From Chthonomonadaceae bacterium (lineage in GTDB: Bacteria; Armatimonadota; Chthonomonadetes; Chthonomonadales; Chthonomonadaceae), in assembly GCA_035650735.1 (NCBI GenBank), contig DASRGZ010000188.1, forward strand, positions 1 through 52,290: DNA of 52,290 nucleotides, in the 5' to 3' direction. Shown piece by piece: positions 1 through 8,267 of the stretch (its first letter is position 1; each line of letters starts with the position of its first letter). Made by a program: the position numbers and the translations under genes. Under the pieces are notes generated by a model that saw nothing but the letters and a program-made list of their open reading frames with translations, had not been told where the DNA came from and made no database searches.

Positions 1-756
1 GGCGGCTGCCAATATGTAGTAGACAGCGCGCAAGGGCCAACTCATCTTTTCATGGCGATGCACGCGCAGCGCGACCATAACCCACATAAGGACGGAGGCA
101 ATGGCTGCCAGGATGATATGCTGTCGAATCAAGCCCGTAAACGGCATGTGAAGCAGCACGAGCGCGATATAGCCTGTGCCTAGAGCCGCCACTGCGCTGA
201 TGGCCGCCAGCACGAGATTGTACCAGCCCGCGAAGAGCAGGGTGCGGCGCTTGCCCACCAGGCCAATGAAATCCAGCAACAACCCGGCAATGAACAGGCC
301 GATAGGGAAATGCACGATGGCGGGGTGGAAGGCGTATTTCGGAAACCACGGCTTGCTCGGTGGCTGTGTCTGGCTTGAGGCCGGTTGGGGGCCGCTCACC
401 GCTTTGCCCGTTCCGCCGCTATGCGGGTCGCCCGGCGCCGTTCCCGCCTTGATCTCCTCGATATTCGTTGCACCGTCGTTGTCCGAATCGAGGTTTTCGA
501 TCTTATGCAGAATATCGGGGGTCAGCTCTTTGTTGCCGGTAGCCTCCATCTCAATGGTCATCTGCTTGCCGTACGGATTACGCGCGAAATCGGAGTTGGA
601 GACATGGCAGTTGGCGCAAGAGCGATCCTGTAGTTTGGCGGCATACGGCTTGTACGTATTGATAAGCACGTCCAGGTATTCTGGTTTCGCCTGGGCCCTA
701 GATCCACCAAGCCCGCAGAGGAGTACGGTAAGCATCAGCAAAAGCCGTGGTTTCAA
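1..756 (-). CDS. Secreted monoheme (CxxCH) domain fused to a DUF2231-like membrane domain; 3' end runs off the window
   Basis: Absent from the ORF track; translated by hand from TTG 756 (AAGGAG RBS). Reads MKPRLLLMLTVLLCG (signal peptide), CANCH, DSDNDGATNIEEIKAGTAPGD, then FHPAIVHFPIGLF plus further TM helices; frame open to base 1. Confidence 0.85.
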   Translation of the reverse strand, partial: MKPRLLLMLTVLLCGLGGSRAQAKPEYLDVLINTYKPYAAKLQDRSCANCHVSNSDFARNPYGKQMTIEMEATGNKELTPDILHKIENLDSDNDGATNIEEIKAGTAPGDPHSGGTGKAVSGPQPASSQTQPPSKPWFPKYAFHPAIVHFPIGLFIAGLLLDFIGLVGKRRTLLFAGWYNLVLAAISAVAALGTGYIALVLLHMPFTGLIRQHIILAAIASVLMWVMVALRVHRHEKMSWPLRAVYYILAAA

Positions 757-821
757 GGAAAGGTCTCCTTTCCCTACGAAGACAAGCCCAAGAAGCGTGG
801 ATGGTCGTCCAGAAACCTGAC

Positions 822-853
822 AGGCGGGCAGACCTGTGATGGCCTGCCCGCCT
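822..853 (-). terminator. Intergenic hairpin (terminator or mRNA-stability element)
   Basis: AGGCGGGCAG...CTGCCCGCCT inverted repeat between two co-oriented genes. Confidence 0.45.
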
Positions 854-866
854 ACGGAAGGAGAGT

Positions 867-1568
867 CTATTTGGCAGCAGGCTGCGGGCTGGCAGTCTCC
901 TCGGGATAGGCGAATTTGGCGCCTATTTTCGCCAGGGCTTGCTCAAACTTGGTCGCCTTGTCCCGCGTCCAATCGTCTTTGAGATGGATGACAAGCTGCT
1001 TACCGTCGGCAAGCAGTTCCGCTTTCGTGCCATCGAAGGGTTTGACCAGAGCCAGCAACTGTTCCGGGGTCTGGCCTGCCAGGCCCTCGACTGGTAGAAG
1101 GACGGTTCGGCGGTCTGCAATCAAGCTCTTCAGGCCGGATTCGGGCTTGTCCGCTTCCTTGTAGATCGCCCGCAGGCCAATCCCGCGGGGCAGCGCCCGA
1201 AACATCGCTTGCCAGGTGGAATTCTTCAGGTTTCTCCAGGCAATGCATATGGCGTTCGTCTTATCACAGCCGCACATCTCGCATTTTTTCGGTGCCTCGC
1301 CCGCCTTAAACGGTTGATAGAGCAGGCAGTGCTCGCACATTCCCCCGATGGTCGTATCCGGGTTCATCGTGAACTCAACCGGTTTCGTCTGTCCGGGCAG
1401 CAGCAGCGACAGCTTGTTCTCGTCTGTGGGAGGCGCGGCCAGCGCCGTCAGCGCCCCGGTCGCCTTGATCTTCTCGGCTGTATCCTCGGCCCGAACCGAT
1501 CCTGCGAAACCTACGGCCACGAGCGTCAGCGACACAACTCCGAGTCCAATTCTTCCTACCTTTTTCAT
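867..1568 (-). CDS. Secreted hypothetical protein with a six-Cys cluster
   Basis: GGAG RBS before MKKVGRIG; signal peptide ending VRA; CEHC...CEMCGC...C. Confidence 0.75.
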   Translation of the reverse strand: MKKVGRIGLGVVSLTLVAVGFAGSVRAEDTAEKIKATGALTALAAPPTDENKLSLLLPGQTKPVEFTMNPDTTIGGMCEHCLLYQPFKAGEAPKKCEMCGCDKTNAICIAWRNLKNSTWQAMFRALPRGIGLRAIYKEADKPESGLKSLIADRRTVLLPVEGLAGQTPEQLLALVKPFDGTKAELLADGKQLVIHLKDDWTRDKATKFEQALAKIGAKFAYPEETASPQPAAK

Positions 1569-1705
1569 TGCTTTTTCCTCCGGCAGCCTTGCAGGGCTGT
1601 CCCTCAAAATTCTATACATTCTCAGGGGGAGGGAGTGCTCTGTTGGCTGTTGTCTGCCTTATACGCCGCGCCCTTCCGCCCTGTGGTGTCCGTATCTTGT
1701 GAAGA

Positions 1706-1754
1706 ATTGTACAATACGGCAGAATCCAAAACATCCGCTAAATGGCCGATTGTG
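1706..1754 (-). promoter_or_regulatory. Regulon box a plus -10 element
   Basis: Minus strand CACAATCGGCCATTTAGCGGATG (1754-1732); TACAAT starts at 1711, 39 nt from the ATC start. Confidence 0.75.
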
Positions 1755-1860
1755 AAAGCGACTACACAAGAAAATTGGTTGCCGTTAATAACCGAGGGAC
1801 GGTATCTGCGTTCGGAGCTTCGCCCGCCTGCGTGAATGAAATTATAATGGAATAGGTTTC

Positions 1861-1909
1861 CACAATCGGCCATTTAGCGGATGTCCCTTTTCTGCAAATC
1901 GCTTAAACT
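1861..1909 (+). promoter_or_regulatory. Regulon box b plus -10 element
   Basis: CACAATCGGCCATTTAGCGGATG 1861-1883, an exact inverted copy of box a; TAAACT at 1904, 39 nt from the ATC start. Confidence 0.75.
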
Positions 1910-1998
1910 TCATCGTGGTGAACTTCCGAAGAACGCACCTGGCAGTCATCGGTGAGCCAGACACAAAGCTTGAGGAGGAGAATCGTGGAGCGATCAGG

Positions 1999-3363
1999 AT
2001 GATACCTCTACCACAGCAACACAAACGCCTGCTCCCCCGTGGGTGGTGGCTCGCTCTCGGGCTGGCAGGAATCCCGGCTCCCACTGTGGGCTTAGCCTGG
2101 AGACAGTACCCCAAAACCTGGGAAGAAGCCGGCGTCTATTACGCGCAGACGACACCAGATAACCCCATAACCAGGCTGCAAGCCAAGATTGACGGCGGCA
2201 AACTCACGCTGGCTTACCAGAAAGGCCGGGGCTATCTGCCGGCGGTGCTCAAAGCCCTGCACATCCCCGTCTCTTCCCAGATGCTGGTCTTCTCCAAGAC
2301 CAGTGTGCATGGCGCCCTGATCTCCCCGCAAGCGCCCCGCGCCCTCTACTTCAACGATTCCACCTATATCGGCTGGGTGCCCCGCGCCCCGATCCTGGAG
2401 GTTGTCACCGTGGACCCCCAGCTAGGAGCCGTCTATTACGTTCTGCTCCAGCAGCCAAAGGCAAAACCGCGGTTTTTCCGCAATGTCGTAAGCTGCCTGG
2501 AGTGCCATGCCGGCCTGATCGCCAAGACGGTGCCGGGACACCTCCTGCGTTCGGTCTATGTGGATGCAGGCGGAACGCCGGAAAAGGAGGCGCCTAGTTA
2601 CCAGACCACCGATGCCAGCCCGCTTAGCGAGCGTTGGGGCGGCTGGTATGTGACGGGCAGGCACGGCAGCCAGAGACACATGGGCAACGCCTGCGCTACA
2701 CGCCAGGGCGACCAATTCGTGGTAGATAGGGAAAAGGGGGCCAATCTTACCGATCTTCATGGACTGGTGGATACGAGGCCGTACCTGAGCCGTTACAGCG
2801 ATATTGTGGCGTTAATGGTCCTGGGGCACCAGACGCACCTGCAAAACCTGATTGCCAAGGCGAATTACCAGACTCGCATGGCGCTCAGCCAGGACAGGGC
2901 ACAGGATAAAGCCTCTGGGCTTTCGGCAGACCCTCGCTCCAACACCGCTCCTGTGGACATCCAAACTGCCTGCGAACCGCTGCTGAAGGCCATGCTGTTT
3001 GTGGGAGAGGCACGGCTGACGGCCCCTATTACCGGCCTTTCCGGCTTTGCCGAGCAGTTCTCGGCGCAAGGCCCGCAGGATAGTAAGCACCGCTCGCTGC
3101 GCCAACTGGACCTCAAGCGCAGGCTCATGCGGTATCCGTGCAGCTACACCATCTACTCAGAAGCCTTCGATGCCCTGCCCGGCGTGGCTAAAGAGTATAT
3201 TTACCGTCGGCTCTGGGAGGTGCTCAGCGGCCAGGATCGCCGCCTGGAGTTTGCGCATTTATCGAGAGCCGACCGCAAAGCCATCCGGGAGATCCTGCTG
3301 GAGACGAAACCGGCTTTTGCTGCCTGGAAAGCCCGGCATTCAGCAGGACAGCAAGCGCAATAG
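1999..3363 (+). CDS. Exported monoheme c-type cytochrome of unknown function
   Basis: N-terminal hydrophobic segment, one CLECH, conserved-looking blocks SQMLVFSKTS, RWGGWYVTG and RYPCSY. Confidence 0.75.
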   Translation: MIPLPQQHKRLLPRGWWLALGLAGIPAPTVGLAWRQYPKTWEEAGVYYAQTTPDNPITRLQAKIDGGKLTLAYQKGRGYLPAVLKALHIPVSSQMLVFSKTSVHGALISPQAPRALYFNDSTYIGWVPRAPILEVVTVDPQLGAVYYVLLQQPKAKPRFFRNVVSCLECHAGLIAKTVPGHLLRSVYVDAGGTPEKEAPSYQTTDASPLSERWGGWYVTGRHGSQRHMGNACATRQGDQFVVDREKGANLTDLHGLVDTRPYLSRYSDIVALMVLGHQTHLQNLIAKANYQTRMALSQDRAQDKASGLSADPRSNTAPVDIQTACEPLLKAMLFVGEARLTAPITGLSGFAEQFSAQGPQDSKHRSLRQLDLKRRLMRYPCSYTIYSEAFDALPGVAKEYIYRRLWEVLSGQDRRLEFAHLSRADRKAIREILLETKPAFAAWKARHSAGQQAQ

Positions 3364-3415
3364 CACAGGCAGGATTCGCTATTGGATTCGCTAGCAGGTC
3401 AGCATCCGGTGAAAG

Positions 3416-3452
3416 CGAGATCAGGACGGCAAAGATTGCCGTCCTGATCTCG
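3416..3452. terminator. Hairpin between convergent genes
   Basis: 17-bp perfect stem CGAGATCAGGACGGCAA/TTGCCGTCCTGATCTCG. Confidence 0.6.
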
Positions 3453-3534
3453 TCGAGGAGAAAGAGCACGCCCTTGCTGCCGTTTCCACAGCCAGACGCC
3501 CTCGCCATTCCCCTACTCTGTTGATGGGGCTGGC

Positions 3535-3939
3535 TTACTTTTTGAGGCTGACCATGTAGGTTGCCAGGGCACGGAGATCCTTTCCCTTGATTTTGTCTCC
3601 GTAAGCGGGCATTTTTGCATCGGCCTTATGAGACTTCGGGTTCTTGATCTCAGCTTCAAACCAGGCCAGCGAGTGGGCGGGGTTAGCTCCCGTCTTGGTC
3701 AGGTCCGGTCCGCTCTTGCCTCCCTTGCCGTGAATCATGTGACAGTTGGCGCACTTGTTCGCCTCGTACACTTTCTTCCCCTCGGCGATCAGGGCCGCAC
3801 TGCCGCCAGCGCTCTTCTTGGTCGTGGGTTTGTGCTTGGTTTTTGGAGGGCTGGCAGAAACGGCTGTCAACAAAAGCGACCCATAGATGGTAAGTCCAGC
3901 CACCGCAAGCACGGCAGCTCTCTTTTTGCCAATGATCAC
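3535..3939 (-). CDS. Class I periplasmic cytochrome c (His/Met)
   Basis: Signal peptide, CANCH, GPDL, distal MPAY; AAAGGAG RBS and GTG start. Confidence 0.9.
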   Translation of the reverse strand: MIIGKKRAAVLAVAGLTIYGSLLLTAVSASPPKTKHKPTTKKSAGGSAALIAEGKKVYEANKCANCHMIHGKGGKSGPDLTKTGANPAHSLAWFEAEIKNPKSHKADAKMPAYGDKIKGKDLRALATYMVSLKK

Positions 3940-3992
3940 CTGTGTGCTCCTTTATCGTAAGAATTACTGCCTGGTAGGATAGAGAGAATCGG

Positions 3993-4793
3993 CTAGGACA
4001 CTCTCTTGCGCCGGTATTGGGGCAGCCGCCCTCCCTCCTCAGCATTGCGCCCATGAGCGTAAAGCGCTATCTGCGTGCGGCCTTCCAGGCGCAGCTTCTT
4101 AAGGATGCTGCTGACGTAGTTCTTGACCGTGGAATAGCCCAACTGCATCTCACTGGCGATCCGTTTGTTGGAGTAGCCCAGCCCGATCAATCTCACTACC
4201 TGACGCTCACGCAGCGTCAGGCTTTCCAAGCCGCCCTGCTGTGTTGTCGCTGAGGAATGCCTGGAGGACAGAAACGGCTCTGCCAGGCAGGGGGCAGAGG
4301 CAGGTTCTCTCCAGGGTTGGCTTGCATAAACGCGGCGTATTCCTTCGGCAATAGGGCCGAACCCCTGCGCTTTGCGCAGTATCCCATGCGCGCCAAGCGT
4401 AAGCCGGCACTGTAGGCAGTTCTCCACCGTGTCGTTGAGCATCCCTGTTTCGCAGAGCGCCTGCGCGCTGAGCGCCGCACACCCGACATGGTTACAATTG
4501 ACGGTCACCAGGATACGCGTTGCGGGACTGATAACAGTCAACTGGTTTAGAAGTTGTGATCGGGAATGTTCCGACAGCCCGCTATCGAGCAGAAGGACAT
4601 GCGGTCGGAGCCGACCGATGGCTGACAACGCCTCCTGGACCTGTCCCCATGCGCCGACACACTGGAATTCCGCGACCGTGTTAAGCAGCGCCACCATCCC
4701 CTCGCGCAGGAGCGTATCGGTCTCAATCAAGCCTACCTTGATCCGGTGCGTGTGGGACGGGCAACTCCCGATACTTGCTTGTGTGTAAGACAT
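3993..4793 (-). CDS. NarL/LuxR-family response regulator with a Cys-rich insertion in the receiver domain
   Basis: Receiver domain (LLLD) and LuxR HTH (LTLRERQVVRLIGLGYSNKRIA...STVKNYVSSILKKL); AGGAGG RBS before MSYTQ. Confidence 0.85.
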   Translation of the reverse strand: MSYTQASIGSCPSHTHRIKVGLIETDTLLREGMVALLNTVAEFQCVGAWGQVQEALSAIGRLRPHVLLLDSGLSEHSRSQLLNQLTVISPATRILVTVNCNHVGCAALSAQALCETGMLNDTVENCLQCRLTLGAHGILRKAQGFGPIAEGIRRVYASQPWREPASAPCLAEPFLSSRHSSATTQQGGLESLTLRERQVVRLIGLGYSNKRIASEMQLGYSTVKNYVSSILKKLRLEGRTQIALYAHGRNAEEGGRLPQYRRKRVS

Positions 4794-5075
4794 GGCTGCC
4801 CTCCTGACGATACGGTCTGGCAGATCAGCCTTATCTGTCCTCCTGCCGGACGGAGCGGAATTCATTTTCGGGAGTTCGCTACGCGCCGACCATGAAGGCT
4901 GCCAACTTGGCATCAATACCCGCTTCCATTCCTGCCTTTACAACTTACTGCTGCCTATCTACACTCTCGTACAACCCTACTCTACTAGATTTATTGAATC
5001 AAATTCATCCTCTAATTGACGGATTTTGCTCTGTTTCACCGGCGAATGCTGCCGTCCACAGTACTTTTTTCCTAA

Positions 5076-5104
5076 TTGACACCTCGCTTCGTGTGTATTA
5101 TGCT
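5076..5104 (+). promoter_or_regulatory. Sigma70-type promoter for the porin-cytochrome operon
   Basis: TTGACA-N17-TATGCT. Confidence 0.6.
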
Positions 5105-5260
5105 CAACGTTACAGTAACATAGGACCAACGCACCCTCTGTGAACGAGGATAACGCCTTACATAGGCTCGCAACGGTAGGCGCTTACTATCCAATGCACA
5201 CTCTACGGACGAGGACAACGGGCCGAGGACATGCTTTATGCGACAGGCAGAGGAGGGGTT

Positions 5261-6340
5261 ATGAGACGAATGCGGGCCGGGCGTCTGGGGTTCCTGTCCC
5301 TATTTCCGGCTTTGCCGCTGCTCGGGCTGGTGGCGATGTGCTATGTTCTGCCTGCACCACCCAAAACCCAAAAGCTTCCCCCCTTTCCTCTCAGCCTGTT
5401 CGCCCAGGCCACCCCGGATGACTATGTGGATGAGAAATCATGCATACGGTGCCATGCAAAATCTCATAATACGTTCGTTCGGTCTCCGCACGCGCCTTTC
5501 GTCAACGATACGCGTGATCCGATAGATAAGCACGGATGCCAATCCTGTCATGGCCCGGGCCGTCCTCATATTGCCCATCTGAAAAATCGCGCCGAGCTGT
5601 ATAACTACGTGATCAGTTACACCAGGGCCACGCCCATACAGGGCGCCATGGCTTGCCTGCGGTGTCATGCCGATACGATGACCCTCGCGCACTGGCGTCG
5701 AACCGGCCACGCCCACGCCGATGTCGGCTGCAACGCCTGTCATCAGATTCACCAGGACTTGGAGGATACGGATAAATCTGCCCAACACTCCAAAGCCAGC
5801 ACCCAGTTTCCCAGAGCGCGCGTATTCGTGGCGGCGGCAGAACCGCGTAAGCTGCTCAAGGCCGATGAGGCCACTCTCTGCGGCCAATGCCATCCGCGAG
5901 AGGTCAACGAGTTCCGGCAGAACTTCCATCACCCGGTTCCGGAAGGGCGAATGGTCTGCAGCGACTGCCATGAGATCCATCCCCGCCACGAAACGGAAAG
6001 GCAGGAGGCGGCCCAACCGCGCTTCGGCCGCTCCCAGCTAGATCGAATCCACCTGCGGGGAGCGTCGGATATGTGCGTCACCTGCCATCCAGAGACCGCC
6101 GGGCCGTTCGTCTTCGAGCATGATCCGGTGACCGGGCTGTCTGGCGACGGGTGCCTGGAGTGCCACCGTCCGCACGGCTCACACAATCCCAGGCTGCTGA
6201 CCCTCTTCTCACGTGGGGCATGCAACCAATGTCATACCGATAAGGCCAACAACCACTTTCCGGGACGCACCTGCTGGCAGACCGGCTGCCATGTCGGTGT
6301 CCATGGGTCCAACACAGACCGGTTCCTGCTTCAACGCTAA
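5261..6340 (+). CDS. mtrA: DmsE/MtrA/PioA-family decaheme cytochrome c
   Basis: Nine CxxCH plus a terminal CWQTGCH (CX4CH) followed by HGSN; family blocks HHPVPEGRMVCSDCH and GPFVFEHDPV. Confidence 0.88.
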   Translation: MRRMRAGRLGFLSLFPALPLLGLVAMCYVLPAPPKTQKLPPFPLSLFAQATPDDYVDEKSCIRCHAKSHNTFVRSPHAPFVNDTRDPIDKHGCQSCHGPGRPHIAHLKNRAELYNYVISYTRATPIQGAMACLRCHADTMTLAHWRRTGHAHADVGCNACHQIHQDLEDTDKSAQHSKASTQFPRARVFVAAAEPRKLLKADEATLCGQCHPREVNEFRQNFHHPVPEGRMVCSDCHEIHPRHETERQEAAQPRFGRSQLDRIHLRGASDMCVTCHPETAGPFVFEHDPVTGLSGDGCLECHRPHGSHNPRLLTLFSRGACNQCHTDKANNHFPGRTCWQTGCHVGVHGSNTDRFLLQR

Positions 6341-6364
6341 GCGCGGCCCGGGAAGCCGCCGGAG

Positions 6365-8161
6365 ATGAAGACGCACATGCGATCTCTACTGGTCCTTCTC
6401 ATGATCATCGGGCTTGCGACGGCGGCGGGCGCCCAGGAACAGCCGGACGGAAAGGAAGGATCCAACGGTAAGACATCCGGCTCGCAACAGAAGCCTGCCG
6501 GCGAGCAGAAGCCGGCGGGAAACCAGGCGCCTGCCGGAAAAGGGCAGCCTCCCCAACAGCCAAAGCCCGCCAGGCCAGGAGAAGAGGAGGAGGAAGAGGT
6601 CCCGGAAGAGGAGGCCGCGAAGCCACCCCCCCGCGTGTTTCCCTGGCGCCTGGGATTAGGATGGGTGAACTGGTATCTGTCCGGCAACGAGACCAAATTT
6701 CGCCAGTATGCCACGCCGCCCCGAGGGTTTTTCCTGTATGATTGGCGTTACAATTCCCTGTCTATCGCGCATGGGAATTCCGGTTTTCTGGCGCTCAATG
6801 GCCCGGGGACAGACGACTACCGAGGCGACGCCGATCTGGCGTTCTTCTTCGGCAGAACACGCCTGGAGGGCTGGTTTACGCGCAACCGCTTCTTCGACCC
6901 GACGCCGACGTTGGTGCCCGAGAGTGGCCGCAACATACAGGATATCGCGCTGCGACAGTTCCTTATCCGGGACTTCTCCCTGGCGTTCCGCTTTCAGCAA
7001 AATAAGCAGAACCAGTTCTTTGAGGCGCCTCACATTCCACTGGATCAGCGCACGCGCTACATGGATGCCATCGCCGCCGGGCGGCTGGGCAACGGACAGT
7101 TGCGCCTGAGCTACGCGGACCGCGTTTTTACCGACTATACGGGCACCTATCCGGAGACCGACATCGGGCGCGTGCAACTGCGCTATCTCTGGCAGCCCAC
7201 GCTCAACTTCGGGCTGGAAGGCACCGTGGCCCATTTCGATATTCACCAGGCGGGCGCACCCAGAAGCCGCGCGGATGTGCTCTCGCTGGCCGGTTCCTGG
7301 GCGCTCGGCCCTTCCAGCGACCTGGCCTTCCTGCTGGAGCGGGATCGCATGAGCCTTCCCGTCGTGCAGAATGCCCAGATGCGCGAGCAGCGCCTCGCCA
7401 CGCTCCGGTTCGCCCAGCGCTGGCGGCGCTGGGCACTGCAACTGGGGCTGCAGGAACGGGAGGTCGAGCGGGTAAACGCCGATCAAACCTTTGTAGACGT
7501 GCCGCGATGGTTTACCTTTGATGGGCGTCTGTCGGGACGACTGAATCGGCAGTGGCGGCTGACCCTGCGCGGCTACACGGAGAACCTAAACCATGCGCTG
7601 ACGATGCTTACCCAGGACCCGCGCTCCCTCTACTGGGACAGCCGCGATTTTGTCCAGGCCAAGCTCGAGGGCGGCCTTCCTAACTTGAGCGGCTATATGA
7701 TCTGGTCCTACCGTCACTGGAGCAATGATGCCCGGTCATCCAGGGTGACCATGAACGCCTTCCTCGTGGGAGGCAACTGGCAGGTCTCGCCCAGAGGGAG
7801 TCTGTTCCTGGAGTACGGTACCGAAGCCTGGGGAGGACACACCGATATCCTGGAGTTTCCGACGCTGGGCAATTTCACGCCCAGCAACCGTACCTTTGCC
7901 GCCGGAGCGAGCTGGGCGATTGGCGCCAGTGGGACTCTAGCCCTTAACTTTACCGATTTCAGCACGCGCAACGACAACCCCCTGCTGCTGCGCGATGGCA
8001 ACACGCATGGGCAGTTCTTCACCCTCAGCGCCAGTTACCGGTTTCCGCGAGGCCAGGAACTGGGTATTACCATCTCTCCCTGGACTTATCAAGACCGCGT
8101 CGTAAGCACCATGGATTATGATGCAACAATCCTCATGTTGACGGCAAGCGCCCGCTTCTGA
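6365..8161 (+). CDS. mtrB: MtrB/PioB-like outer-membrane beta-barrel
   Basis: Signal peptide, KFRQYATPPRG N-terminal motif, amphipathic strands, C-terminal Phe (SARF); directly follows the decaheme gene. Confidence 0.75.
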   Translation: MKTHMRSLLVLLMIIGLATAAGAQEQPDGKEGSNGKTSGSQQKPAGEQKPAGNQAPAGKGQPPQQPKPARPGEEEEEEVPEEEAAKPPPRVFPWRLGLGWVNWYLSGNETKFRQYATPPRGFFLYDWRYNSLSIAHGNSGFLALNGPGTDDYRGDADLAFFFGRTRLEGWFTRNRFFDPTPTLVPESGRNIQDIALRQFLIRDFSLAFRFQQNKQNQFFEAPHIPLDQRTRYMDAIAAGRLGNGQLRLSYADRVFTDYTGTYPETDIGRVQLRYLWQPTLNFGLEGTVAHFDIHQAGAPRSRADVLSLAGSWALGPSSDLAFLLERDRMSLPVVQNAQMREQRLATLRFAQRWRRWALQLGLQEREVERVNADQTFVDVPRWFTFDGRLSGRLNRQWRLTLRGYTENLNHALTMLTQDPRSLYWDSRDFVQAKLEGGLPNLSGYMIWSYRHWSNDARSSRVTMNAFLVGGNWQVSPRGSLFLEYGTEAWGGHTDILEFPTLGNFTPSNRTFAAGASWAIGASGTLALNFTDFSTRNDNPLLLRDGNTHGQFFTLSASYRFPRGQELGITISPWTYQDRVVSTMDYDATILMLTASARF

Positions 8162-8267
8162 GAGGCAGAGCGGATAGGCTTTTGCATATATTCGATACGG
8201 CAAACGTCCTGCTCTTGGTACATAGCAGTTCCATCGGTGCGTTGCAGGCCGAAGGAGGGATCCGGGA

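Noticed and set aside
1732..1883. 23-bp perfect inverted repeat as MITE ends or an invertible switch
   Set aside because: The same motif occurs singly elsewhere, and each arm is phased to its own -10 box; back-to-back operators explain it better.
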